64,000 bases of DNA from positions 4,427 through 68,426 of the IMG/VR virus record IMGVR_UViG_3300030333_005233. One strand, written 5' to 3'. The stretch comes from a virus. The translations under genes and the position numbers were made by a program. This document shows, piece by piece, positions 1-9,660 of this stretch; within the stretch, counting starts at the first letter, position 1, and every line of letters starts with the position of its first letter. The notes beneath the pieces are model-generated. The model saw only the letters and a program-made list of their open reading frames with translations. It searched no databases and was not told where the DNA came from.

Positions 1-153
1 ATTTTTCTGTGCGTCACTTTTGCTTTTCATTTGTACGCCATGCTTGATCAATATCCTTCTTACTTTATTAGGATATGTGTTGAAAAGATCTGCTATTTCA
101 TAGGTGCTTTTCTTTTCTTTAACATATAATTTAATTATTTTTTGTTCGTTCAT
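1..153 (-). CDS. Partial HTH-containing protein (3' end outside window); possibly the N-terminus of a homing-type endonuclease
   Basis: Not in ORF track. ATG at 153 reads MNEQKIIKLYVKEKKSTYEIADLFNTYPNKVRRILIKHGV..., open to the edge; STYEIA...NKVRRIL looks like an HTH. Confidence 0.6.
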   Translation of the reverse strand, partial: MNEQKIIKLYVKEKKSTYEIADLFNTYPNKVRRILIKHGVQMKSKSDAQKN

Positions 154-601
154 GATTATACTTCTTTATTATAGTGGTGATACCTTGAAAATTGTCTGTT
201 ATTCCTATAGGTTTAGTCCTAGTTATCCTGTAAAAGTTTGCAGCCGCTTCTTTATTTATTGCTATAGTGCGAATATCATTCTTATTTATAGTCCTTAATA
301 ATCCTAAAGTGTTGTATTCCCCAAAGCCAAAGCAGTAGAAAATATTTATATTATTTACGTAAGACAGCGATTTATTCAGTGTCTCTAGAGATGTAGTTAC
401 TAAGTCTCCTTTAAAGTACCATAGCTCAGTGGAGTTGAAGATCCCAGAATCTACTTTTAATCTTAGTGGACCTATGTCGTCAAAAAATATACTTGAATCA
501 CATAATTCTTTTTCGTTGTTTGCCCGCATCACTTCTTGTTGTATGCAAGCAACTAATTTATCATTAGATAGATCTTTAATATATATTCCTAAGTTTACCA
601 T
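131..601 (-). CDS. Hypothetical protein in glycosyltransferase block
   Basis: 156 aa ORF, 1-nt overlap with the upstream gene. Confidence 0.6.
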   Translation of the reverse strand: MVNLGIYIKDLSNDKLVACIQQEVMRANNEKELCDSSIFFDDIGPLRLKVDSGIFNSTELWYFKGDLVTTSLETLNKSLSYVNNINIFYCFGFGEYNTLGLLRTINKNDIRTIAINKEAAANFYRITRTKPIGITDNFQGITTIIKKYNHERTKNN

Positions 602-1440
602 TATGCTCCCTTTATCTGCGACAGAAGAGTCTTTGTTCTATTTAGTCCTAAATGTTTTTCTGTAATAGCTTTTTTTATATCATCAAAATTTGTCGTTTTG
701 TTTTTACTAGAATAGTTCAGGTCTATATCTAACTTAAATATATTATTGATAGTTTTTGCTAAATCTTCGTCTTGGTCTTTATTATCATAGTATACTTTAT
801 TACCATTTAGTATGGCTTCTAAAAATACTTGTGAGATTTGTTTCATATCTTTAATTATAACTTCATCATAATTTTTGTAAAGACCTCTCAACGCAACGGA
901 GGCTGAACATATGTCTACCTTGTCGGCAAGTTCTGACCTTGTAGAAACAACGTGAAAGCTCTTGCTATCTGATATATCAGATGTTAAAGAATCTACAATG
1001 ATTGCTTTATCTATTCTATATTCAAAGTCCGTTTTCATAATTTCATTGTTGTCTGCTGCTGGTAGCATTTTTAAAACATTCAATCTTCCAATAGTTTGTG
1101 GCATAGAGTAATTAGATGTGAATGCAAAAAGAACATCGACATTTTGATTAGAAAGGAATTGTAATAAAAGATCTAAGTCAACGTTTGAGATATAATCCAC
1201 ATTTAGGATGATTTTTATATTCTTTTCAGGATTCTGCTGCAAGTACGCTATAAGATGTCTATGAAACCTGTGTGCAGATATTATGACAAATTCTGGATCT
1301 ATAGTGTCCAGAGCATCAAATACGCTACAATCACCAAGGTTGACTAAACTACAATCATGGTTTAGTTCCTTTAGGGAGTGATCAAAATACAATGGCTGAG
1401 TAGATTCATTGCTTGCATAATTGTCTATCAAGAATTTCAT
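601..1440 (-). CDS. Hypothetical protein, possibly degenerate GT-B-like
   Basis: 279 aa ORF; alpha/beta pattern, FLEAILNG reminiscent of the GT-B C-terminal helix. Confidence 0.5.
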   Translation of the reverse strand: MKFLIDNYASNESTQPLYFDHSLKELNHDCSLVNLGDCSVFDALDTIDPEFVIISAHRFHRHLIAYLQQNPEKNIKIILNVDYISNVDLDLLLQFLSNQNVDVLFAFTSNYSMPQTIGRLNVLKMLPAADNNEIMKTDFEYRIDKAIIVDSLTSDISDSKSFHVVSTRSELADKVDICSASVALRGLYKNYDEVIIKDMKQISQVFLEAILNGNKVYYDNKDQDEDLAKTINNIFKLDIDLNYSSKNKTTNFDDIKKAITEKHLGLNRTKTLLSQIKGA

Positions 1441-2177
1441 ATTACTCCCCTTAACTTGTGATATGTTTTTATATTATTTATTTTTTTAATAGGGTGTTTA
1501 TTGTTTATTACTTCTATCTTGTGTTTAGTTTTTATTAATTCGTTTAAGCCCTCAAACAAAAATTTTTGCTTAAAGTTTTCATTAGATATTATCTTTCTCA
1601 AGCAATCTATAACACCTTCATTGTTTAAGTAAATTATTTCTGACCAAGGATTATGCGCACCAAAGCCAAAATGTTCTATCGCTCCATTCTCTCCAATGTT
1701 GACCCCTATCTCTAAATTTTCAAAAAAATCTGACTCTGTGACTATGTAAGATTTGTTAGTGTTTATTTCACTAAACGTGTCTGGGTGGATTATTAAACTG
1801 CCATCAAATATAAGTACCTTATCATTTGTTATATTATTTAAACAAAGTCGCACACCCTCGCAGGAATTAGATGTTTCATAAATTTGATTTTCTACTATTC
1901 TGATATTACAGTTTCTGTATCTGTTTTTGACATACTTACATACTTTATCTGCGTCATATCCTACACATATGATAATTTCGTATTGTGGAAATATCCTATC
2001 TATGACATTTATTTGTATGTCTATTAGTTTATGTCTTTGTAATGGGATTAATGGTATGGCCCCATAAGACTTCATTCTATACCCCGGAGTATCACATAGT
2101 AATACTATGGAAACGAACTCGTCTTTATCGACACTATCTTTTTTAGTTATAGATGTTATATATTTTTGTTTTTTCAT
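1437..2177 (-). CDS. Sugar/choline nucleotidyltransferase-like protein (divergent)
   Basis: SIVLLCDTPGYRMKSYG..PL is a degenerate IILAAGxGxRM..PK motif; also IICVGY, ENQIYETSNS, LIFDG. Confidence 0.65.
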   Translation of the reverse strand: MKKQKYITSITKKDSVDKDEFVSIVLLCDTPGYRMKSYGAIPLIPLQRHKLIDIQINVIDRIFPQYEIIICVGYDADKVCKYVKNRYRNCNIRIVENQIYETSNSCEGVRLCLNNITNDKVLIFDGSLIIHPDTFSEINTNKSYIVTESDFFENLEIGVNIGENGAIEHFGFGAHNPWSEIIYLNNEGVIDCLRKIISNENFKQKFLFEGLNELIKTKHKIEVINNKHPIKKINNIKTYHKLRGVI

Positions 2178-2923
2178 TTGTGAACATATAGGTTTTGTAG
2201 TTTAGATTTTTTAACTATATCGTCTACAGCCTTGAAATATTCTGCACTATTTTTCTCTAATGATTCTATTTTGTATGCCAAGTTGGATATAAATGTAATA
2301 TCGCCTTCTGTATAAACAACGACTTTTTCCATATCTTCATTTACTAGATTGTTTAGATTAAAAAATACAGAGTTATTAAAGTTGTCAGACAGGTCTATTA
2401 GTGTGTGGAAAGATTTTCTAGAATGGTATATCTCTGTATGAATTGTAAATCCGTAATTTATACAGTTGATAATTTTACAGTTGTTAAGCTTTCTAGATAG
2501 TGCAAAAATATGTTCTCTATTCTCTTTTGTGAGCTTTGCGTCATTAGCATATACGATTGTATAATTAATTTTATTAGTATCATATTTTAATTTATTGCTG
2601 ATGCTATCTATACAATGTGTCAGACGATCCATACCTGTGCAGTCTAAAATAACATCGAACGTTAGCTGAACATCTTTCTTAGCTTTAGCGAGTTCTTGGT
2701 CTACGTTTTTTGGTTTTGTATCTCTAAATAAATTACAGAGCCTGTCCACTACGTAGAACTCTTTGTCATCGTCGTATGCCTCTACAACACACCCTTGTTT
2801 TTTAAATTTTTCAATCCTGTTGGCTAGACAGTCTGTTTGTGTGTCACCTTCGTAGATGGAAAATGCACAATTTTTACAGTTAGTTTTGACTACTTGGCCT
2901 GACGCCCCTGATTTCATATCCAT
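2174..2923 (-). CDS. Hypothetical protein with Cys-rich N-terminus
   Basis: 249 aa ORF; CKNC...C...C. Confidence 0.55.
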   Translation of the reverse strand: MDMKSGASGQVVKTNCKNCAFSIYEGDTQTDCLANRIEKFKKQGCVVEAYDDDKEFYVVDRLCNLFRDTKPKNVDQELAKAKKDVQLTFDVILDCTGMDRLTHCIDSISNKLKYDTNKINYTIVYANDAKLTKENREHIFALSRKLNNCKIINCINYGFTIHTEIYHSRKSFHTLIDLSDNFNNSVFFNLNNLVNEDMEKVVVYTEGDITFISNLAYKIESLEKNSAEYFKAVDDIVKKSKLQNLYVHK

Positions 2924-3308
2924 ACCCTTTAATTGATGAAGTACTTATTAGTATACCGTTTTTTGCGAAAATATCTTTAATAGTCTGTATGCTGATAAAA
3001 CATTTCATACCTGATACTATACTACTAAAGTCGTCTTGTTTAAGCTGATTGTTTAATAGCATTCTACATAGATTCTTTGCATCTACGCTAATAATTTTAA
3101 TTTCTCCGTTGAGTCTTAATTTGCCACAAGCCAATTCAAGAACTTTGTTGGCGTGTTCTTGTTCAAGAGAATGAAGAGTATTATAGAGTACAACCTCGTC
3201 AAAAGAATGGTCTATTGCCTCAGACAGTTCTTCTGTATTTTTTAACACGTTAATATTACTAAAGTTTTCTATAGCCTGTTCATCGTCAGATATAATGTTA
3301 AGTTTCAT
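2880..3308 (-). CDS. Truncated/degenerate class I methyltransferase-like protein
   Basis: DHSFDEVV..NTLH and KLRLNGEIKI match the C-terminal half of SAM-MTases; no GxG motif. Confidence 0.5.
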   Translation of the reverse strand: MKLNIISDDEQAIENFSNINVLKNTEELSEAIDHSFDEVVLYNTLHSLEQEHANKVLELACGKLRLNGEIKIISVDAKNLCRMLLNNQLKQDDFSSIVSGMKCFISIQTIKDIFAKNGILISTSSIKGYGYEIRGVRPSSQN

Positions 3309-4300
3309 GTTTGTTTAGCCTCATATACTTTGTCAAAAACAGAATTCCAATTATGTATAAAGTCCTCTTCAGAGAACATATTTTGTATAGTTGTTCTTGC
3401 ATTTTCACCAATTTTTTTCCTAAGTTCTTCTGATTCTTGTAGATTTTTTATGAATGATTTTAATTCTTCTTCATCGTTGGAGATATATCCATTAATTCCA
3501 TTTTGTATAACTTCTGGTATCATGCAGGTGGCAGTTGAAACTACAGCGCATCCACACGCCATAGCTTCTAGTAATGACATAGGTATGGGGCTTAGTGTTG
3601 TTGTGTTGAGATATATTTGGCAACTATTATACTCTCTAGTAAGATCATCTACATTATCACAAACTATTGAATTTGGTCCATTTTCTTCACCAATTAGTTT
3701 TGTTTTCATGCCTTGTGTAATTCTTTCCCAGCCAGAATAATTTAAGCAGAAGTCTCGTTTTTTAAAATCGTTAGCTACTGTAAGTATGTGATCTTGTTTT
3801 TCTACAGAGGTTGGCTTGAAAGTCTCACAGTCTACACCGTGATACAGCACATGAGAGTCTCCATTTATGTGCCAAGCATTTGCTGAGAATTCTGAGATAA
3901 AAATATTTACATTGCCAATCATGCTCCTCATTTGTTCAATATGTTGTTCATCAATAGTCTGGGGCGTTGGCAACGTGTGTTCTAAAACGATTACTGGCAC
4001 AGGAATTTGTTGCAATATTCTTTGACACATTTGGTATTGCCAAAATTTACTTTGCACTAATATAAAATCTATATCAATGAATGGAGGTAGTTGATTTTTT
4101 GGTAGTATATAATAATTTTCTGGTGGTTTTGTTTGTTTTTTATTCCACTCTTTATTGCCATCTATACTAAATGAATAAAAATTATGACCTGTTTTACACA
4201 GTTGACTTTCATAGCGTTCATGCGTAGGGAATGTAAGTATATTGTACTTCTCACGCTTTGGTGCATCAACACTTTCAATAATACTCTTTATACTATTCAC
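3305..4300 (-). CDS. Glycosyltransferase family 4 (GT-B)
   Basis: HGVDCETFKP; PMSLLEAMACGCAVVST; NGINGY. Confidence 0.9.
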   Translation of the reverse strand: MNSIKSIIESVDAPKREKYNILTFPTHERYESQLCKTGHNFYSFSIDGNKEWNKKQTKPPENYYILPKNQLPPFIDIDFILVQSKFWQYQMCQRILQQIPVPVIVLEHTLPTPQTIDEQHIEQMRSMIGNVNIFISEFSANAWHINGDSHVLYHGVDCETFKPTSVEKQDHILTVANDFKKRDFCLNYSGWERITQGMKTKLIGEENGPNSIVCDNVDDLTREYNSCQIYLNTTTLSPIPMSLLEAMACGCAVVSTATCMIPEVIQNGINGYISNDEEELKSFIKNLQESEELRKKIGENARTTIQNMFSEEDFIHNWNSVFDKVYEAKQT

Positions 4301-5405
4301 TTAGGTGTTCCTTTATAATGTTGACAACATTAGTATAATTAAAATCTTTTGCCCTTAGTAGCCCTGCTTTAGCGTATTGCTCTTTGTTTCTGTTTTCATA
4401 GTAATACCTCATCGCTTTTTTAGCTTCAGATTCGCTAGGGACAAACCATTCTTCTTTTGCTGTAAACAAGAATGGCAACGCTGGGTTACTGTGATCGCAT
4501 ATGTTATACATGCCATCAACTAACCATCCTGTTTCCTTATTGCCAATGAAAGATTTAGGACCGCCTTCGTTGCTACAAATTGGTGTATTGCCAAAAGCCA
4601 TAGCGTCAAAAGCTGGAATAGACCACGCCTCGCCGTGAGATAAATTTACAAAGCAGTCACAACTTTTATGCAACATATTGATTTGATCATCTGTCATATG
4701 AGAAGAAATGATTACTTCAGTTGCGTAATCTTCTGGGCTTCCTATCCGCATATTTTTCTTTATGTCTGAAGATTTTTGCTGGAATTTGTTTTTGAGAGCT
4801 TCTGGATTCATCCCATATTCATTTATTTTAATAATCAGAGATACTTGCTCCCCATTACAAAATTCACTGTGGAAACATTTTATTACTGATGTGATATTTT
4901 TTCTATCGTTAAGGTCTCCTATGAAGTAAAACTTAAAGGTGTGACCAATCTCGGGGATTGGCAATATGTCATAATCTTTTTCAAATTTATCTGTATCTGA
5001 GGCTAGCGGCACTACTTTAATAGGCTTTTCTACATTGCTTTTTTCTAGAGAGTTTTTGTTAGTGTCATTCGCCACCCATACTTCATCCATAAGGTTTAGT
5101 TGTGAAACCCATACATTGTCTTTTATTTCAGTTGTCTCTCCAAAAAAGAAGGCTATATTTTTTTTAAACTTTTCAGTTCCCACTAAGTGATGAGGTAAAA
5201 CCATCTGTATGCAGTAGTCTATATTCTCTAGTGGTTTTTTTTCTAATTCTAATATCCTGTTGGGAATATCAAATTGTTGATTCGTAAGTTTGATATCTCT
5301 ACACACAACGTCTACACCACAAGAATCTAACGCCAGTATATGACTAATAGCTGCGTTTGACCAACCGCTTCCTTCTTTATAGTGACCTATGTACAATACT
5401 CTCAT
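4293..5405 (-). CDS. Glycosyltransferase family 4 (GT-B)
   Basis: Start moved to MRVLYIG (ATGA overlap); DRKNI; SHGEAWSIPAFDAMAFG. Confidence 0.88.
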   Translation of the reverse strand: MRVLYIGHYKEGSGWSNAAISHILALDSCGVDVVCRDIKLTNQQFDIPNRILELEKKPLENIDYCIQMVLPHHLVGTEKFKKNIAFFFGETTEIKDNVWVSQLNLMDEVWVANDTNKNSLEKSNVEKPIKVVPLASDTDKFEKDYDILPIPEIGHTFKFYFIGDLNDRKNITSVIKCFHSEFCNGEQVSLIIKINEYGMNPEALKNKFQQKSSDIKKNMRIGSPEDYATEVIISSHMTDDQINMLHKSCDCFVNLSHGEAWSIPAFDAMAFGNTPICSNEGGPKSFIGNKETGWLVDGMYNICDHSNPALPFLFTAKEEWFVPSESEAKKAMRYYYENRNKEQYAKAGLLRAKDFNYTNVVNIIKEHLSE

Positions 5406-7051
5406 GATATGCCAAATGCCTCCGCTCTGCGTTTTTCCCAATGATTTCTTCTGTGGCATAAGCCAGCCATTTGATTGTATGCAGACTCAAAATTAAAAGG
5501 GTGTCTAACATTTTTACCATCAAAGCTTGCTGACATTTCATTAAAATACATCCCACCAGTAGAGGCCGTGGCGCATTCATACATTAAATCTCTAGTTAGT
5601 CTAGCTTCCATGAAAGAACCTATCTTATCTGGCTCTCTAAGAACTTCTTTTATCAACCATTTTGCTAGGTCATTATGTTTTGTATTTGGTGGTAAATTTT
5701 CTGGCTTAGGAGCTGGTTGTTGTATGTTTAAAGGAGAGTGCCAAGTTTCTTCATGTGGTTTAATCTCTACAGAGTCGAAGTAACTTTCCCACACTCTACC
5801 AGATTTATCCCATTGAAAATCTTCTAAAAACTTTTGACGAGTAACAAAACCTTGTTGTTTACGCATTTCTTTAGGTAGTTGAAAAAAATCTTTAAATAGT
5901 TGGGCTGCTAGTTCATTATCTGGAACGGCTCTCAGGCAACCAGTTTCTAACTCTTTGTATAGAGCTTTGGGTTTTATGGGCGTACCATCTAGTTGCCTGA
6001 GAACACTTTCCATAGCAGAATAATCTGTTCCCATTACAGGTATACCACATGCAGCTGCTTCTACCTGCGGTAATCCAAAACCTTCACAATTTGCATACTG
6101 TACATATAAATCAAATAAGTTAATGATATTAGCTAAGTTTTCATAGCTTAAACCATTGCGTACATTTGACAATCCAGATCCAAATTTTCCAGTATAAGGA
6201 GATTGTGCAGAAGCCCCCTTGAATAAAGACACAAATGGGTTTTTGGTTTCTGGACACACGTATGTAAAAAGAACGTGAGATGCTAAGTTATGTTGATGTA
6301 ATAACTCTGGTATTTCCCACCCAAGATCGGGGTAACTGGTATGGCAATATAAATAGTATTCTTGTGGATTATCTACGCTGTCTAGTAATAATCTAAATGC
6401 TTCAAACAAGTCTGGGTATAGTTTTCTTCTTTGATTACGCATCACAGTTCCTATGATCTTAGCGTTTTGATCTATTCCAAAGAAATCTCTTAATCCCGCT
6501 TGATCTTTTGGTGTGTATGCTGGATGTGCAGATGGAGGCGCAGATCCAATATAATTTATCTTACCACCAGACTGATCTTTTAAAACTTCGCCAGCCCAAT
6601 TGGAATATGTCAGACAAGCATCTGCTGATTGATATGTTGCAATCCACTGTCTTGCCTGTGGTCTAGCGTCAACCGTTGGCATGATACACCATTTGAAAAA
6701 TTTCCTGTAAGGAGATCTTTCTGCAAAATCTAGCATCCAAAAGTCTCTGATATCACAAACAATGTCTGGCTTAAAATCTAAACATACACTTTCAAAAGCG
6801 TATTCACCAAACTGAAAAGTAGGGTTTGCATTGAACTTTGCTTTTTCTTCTTCTGTTGATGGCGTAGCTCCATAAAACTTCCAAGGTATCCCTACTGCTC
6901 TTGGGTCATTATTTTCTGCATATGCTCCCAGTTCTGCCAATTCATATTTATTAGTGCTTTGTAAATAGTTTAACATCTCTCGTGTGTATGTAGCATATCC
7001 TGTATTAAGGAATGTAGCTTCACTACAGAAGAGTATTTTTTTCTTTCTCAT
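5402..7051 (-). CDS. Glycosyltransferase family 4 (GT-B), large
   Basis: TGYA; MRNQRRK; EGFGLPQVEAAACGIPV. Confidence 0.9.
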   Translation of the reverse strand: MRKKKILFCSEATFLNTGYATYTREMLNYLQSTNKYELAELGAYAENNDPRAVGIPWKFYGATPSTEEEKAKFNANPTFQFGEYAFESVCLDFKPDIVCDIRDFWMLDFAERSPYRKFFKWCIMPTVDARPQARQWIATYQSADACLTYSNWAGEVLKDQSGGKINYIGSAPPSAHPAYTPKDQAGLRDFFGIDQNAKIIGTVMRNQRRKLYPDLFEAFRLLLDSVDNPQEYYLYCHTSYPDLGWEIPELLHQHNLASHVLFTYVCPETKNPFVSLFKGASAQSPYTGKFGSGLSNVRNGLSYENLANIINLFDLYVQYANCEGFGLPQVEAAACGIPVMGTDYSAMESVLRQLDGTPIKPKALYKELETGCLRAVPDNELAAQLFKDFFQLPKEMRKQQGFVTRQKFLEDFQWDKSGRVWESYFDSVEIKPHEETWHSPLNIQQPAPKPENLPPNTKHNDLAKWLIKEVLREPDKIGSFMEARLTRDLMYECATASTGGMYFNEMSASFDGKNVRHPFNFESAYNQMAGLCHRRNHWEKRRAEAFGIS

Positions 7052-7375
7052 CTATTCTTCCTCAAAATAGTCTTCTTGGCTACATATATCAAATTCATTT
7101 ACTCTAAAAATAATTCTACTATCATCTTTAGATCTGTTTTTAGCAGAGGCGTTTATGGTAATTTTAGTTCCTTTAGTGGCAAATCTTTCAATTGTTTCAG
7201 CACCAGTGTGCCAAGCCTCACAATTTAAATATGTTGGTATTCTGCTTTTTTCGCCAGTACTCTTTGTTCTTCTATAATTGTATACAACCACAGTGAATTC
7301 TGCAAGCACAATGTCACCAACCATAGATGTTCTTGGGTTTTCTGCTAAATACCCTGTAAAACAACAATTATTCAT
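7052..7375 (-). CDS. ssb: Single-stranded DNA-binding protein (OB fold), copy 1
   Basis: MNNCCFTGYLAENP...FTVVV...YLNCEAW..GAE...KGTKI; acidic tail; AGGAG RBS. Confidence 0.8.
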   Translation of the reverse strand: MNNCCFTGYLAENPRTSMVGDIVLAEFTVVVYNYRRTKSTGEKSRIPTYLNCEAWHTGAETIERFATKGTKITINASAKNRSKDDSRIIFRVNEFDICSQEDYFEEE

Positions 7376-7424
7376 ATTATCTCCTATCTTAGTATATTAG
7401 CTACTACAGCTAAAAAAAACCAAA

Positions 7425-8990
7425 TTAAATTTCATAAACTTTATCTACAATTAGAGAAGTCTCATGATTAGCCACTGACCCACAGAAGATTAAATTATTA
7501 CCTTCATATAATATATATTTATACTTTGCTTTTACCTTTGGAAATACAACAACACTATCTAGTATGCATGTATCATCCTCAATTGTTAGAAACGACATAA
7601 CCTTTCCCTTAGATTCCCCTTTGGATATTGTGTAGTCCGACATCCTTTGTATGTTACCAACCACGCAAAGATTCTTACCCTTTTTACCATTGATTATGTC
7701 TTTGCAAGTGGTGTTTGCAGCGGAAGTATCTGAGACTTCTATCTTTGTCATAGTAACGGGGCATCCTAAAAACCTTGTCTCTTGTTCTATGATCCAGCTT
7801 GGATCGTCTTCTAATGAATATGGTGGATCTAATAAGAGTTGTATCTCATTCTCAACTGCCTGTTTTCTTTCTATTTTATGAGTACCGCCACCTTCTTTTT
7901 TAGTTGGTGCTAGGTCTTTCAGGCAGGATATAAAATCTTTCCATTTCTTACTTTCATAATTTGTTTGTATCCACTTTTGTTCTGCCTTAGTAAGTAGACG
8001 GTATATATCATAATCATACAATGCTTTATTTCTAGAAACCTTGTCCTGAAAGTCTCTGAAAAACCCTATGGATGCTAACGCTTTGAAAGACGTTGATGAA
8101 ATCTTAGGACCAAAGAATAGCAATATTTCTAGCCACGTAAACTTTGTCATAGGTTTTTTTAATTCTTTTTCTACCTCTTTAATAGACTCAACCACCTTGT
8201 CTCCAGTTTTGCCAGTTAGTGATTTTATGTCTTTAATTCCAAAGTATATTTTCTTTTTCTTGGCATTGAACTTAATATTAAAGTTTGCAAGACTTGGCGT
8301 TCTAGCTTCTATATCAAATAATTTAGCCTCAGAAAATAATTCATAGACTTCTTGGTGTGGATCTTGTTTTTCATTTGCATAATAAAGATAAGACAAGAAG
8401 AACTCTTCTGGACTATGCGCTTTTTGGTATGCGCTCCAGTAAGAACAAACTGCATATGAAACACTGTGAGACTTGTTGAATGCGTATCTAGATGATTTTT
8501 CAATCCAACTAAATATTTCTTCTGCTGTTTGTTTGTCTACTATGCCTGTCTTTTTAGCGCCAGCAATAAATTTCTTTTTTACTTTAGCCATAAGGTCTGC
8601 TTTTTTCTTACCAATGGCTTTACGTAAAACATCTGCTTCTTGTAGATCAAATCCAGCAATTTTTTGAGCAATACGCATGGATTGTTCCTGATAAACTAGA
8701 ACTCCATAAGTCGGAGCTAGAATTTCTTCTAGTGCTTCGTGTAAATAAGTAACTTCTTCTCTGCCGTGTTTACGGTCGATAAAATGTTGACTCATAGACT
8801 TTCCATCTACAAACGCTTTTAGACATCCGGGCCTAATAATAGCAATTAATGCAGATAGTTCTTCAATGTTGCTTGGCGATAATTTTTTTGACCAAGATTT
8901 ACCAAGGTTGCTTTCTAGCTGAAAGACGCCCTTAGTTTTACCTTCTGAAAATAGTTGCCAAGTTTGTTTGTCTTCATATTCATTTGACAT
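7425..8990 (-). CDS. dnaE: DNA polymerase III alpha (DnaE), C-terminal half: fingers, HhH, OB
   Basis: GVFQLES, IAIIRPG, TYGVLVYQEQ, ADVLRKAIGKK, YAFNKSHS, MSFLTIED; start taken at MSNEY (8990). Confidence 0.93.
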   Translation of the reverse strand: MSNEYEDKQTWQLFSEGKTKGVFQLESNLGKSWSKKLSPSNIEELSALIAIIRPGCLKAFVDGKSMSQHFIDRKHGREEVTYLHEALEEILAPTYGVLVYQEQSMRIAQKIAGFDLQEADVLRKAIGKKKADLMAKVKKKFIAGAKKTGIVDKQTAEEIFSWIEKSSRYAFNKSHSVSYAVCSYWSAYQKAHSPEEFFLSYLYYANEKQDPHQEVYELFSEAKLFDIEARTPSLANFNIKFNAKKKKIYFGIKDIKSLTGKTGDKVVESIKEVEKELKKPMTKFTWLEILLFFGPKISSTSFKALASIGFFRDFQDKVSRNKALYDYDIYRLLTKAEQKWIQTNYESKKWKDFISCLKDLAPTKKEGGGTHKIERKQAVENEIQLLLDPPYSLEDDPSWIIEQETRFLGCPVTMTKIEVSDTSAANTTCKDIINGKKGKNLCVVGNIQRMSDYTISKGESKGKVMSFLTIEDDTCILDSVVVFPKVKAKYKYILYEGNNLIFCGSVANHETSLIVDKVYEI

Positions 8991-9660
8991 ATAAGTTCCC
9001 GTTTGCAAACGCTTTGTCTAATTCAATTTCCTGATAAACTGCACGATGAGTTTTCAATAGCTTTATAAAGATATTAGCAGTATCTTTAACATCTTGCAAT
9101 GCGTCGTGAGCATTTTCTTTACTTAGTCCCATTCTTTCTCTAAGAGTATCCATACTAATTGATCTAATACTAGGATCTCCCTCAGTCCACATGTGCATAT
9201 TATCCATAACGTCACACTTATGTATTCTACTAAAAATCTTTTGTTGATTTCTGCCTTCATCAAAAGGTCCATACTCCTTACATAAACGATTGATAATAAT
9301 CATATCAAACCCAATGATATTAAAGCCAACAGGAATAGGATTGAAAAATGGGTCTTTTTTCCAATTGTACTTGTCTACAAAGGTGCAGAATTTTTTCCAA
9401 ACTGATTTAAGAGTTGGAGCTTTGGATAAGTCTTCTCTATTTTTACCAGTAACTTTTAATGCTCCGTCTTCAACTGGATCTAAACCTAGTCTAATGGCCT
9501 TTTCGTCATCAAGTATAGGTTTAATTTCACTATTAAATGTGCCTTTTACAGATAGATGCCTTCCATCTAAGGCTAAAGCAGCTATCTGTGTTGGTTGTGT
9601 TTTGTGTGGGTTACGACTTCCTGTTTCAAAGTCAAATACAATGTAGTCTCTATTTGCCAT
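8980..9660 (-). CDS. DEDDh 3'-5' exonuclease (DnaQ/epsilon-like)
   Basis: ExoI VFDFETG; ExoII GFNIIGFD; ExoIII AHDALQDV. Confidence 0.9.
   Translation of the reverse strand: MANRDYIVFDFETGSRNPHKTQPTQIAALALDGRHLSVKGTFNSEIKPILDDEKAIRLGLDPVEDGALKVTGKNREDLSKAPTLKSVWKKFCTFVDKYNWKKDPFFNPIPVGFNIIGFDMIIINRLCKEYGPFDEGRNQQKIFSRIHKCDVMDNMHMWTEGDPSIRSISMDTLRERMGLSKENAHDALQDVKDTANIFIKLLKTHRAVYQEIELDKAFANGNLYVK

Noticed and set aside
8980-9660. Intein or group I intron explaining the dnaE interruption
   Set aside because: No splicing motifs and no non-coding sequence; the insert is entirely a DEDDh exonuclease ORF, not a homing endonuclease
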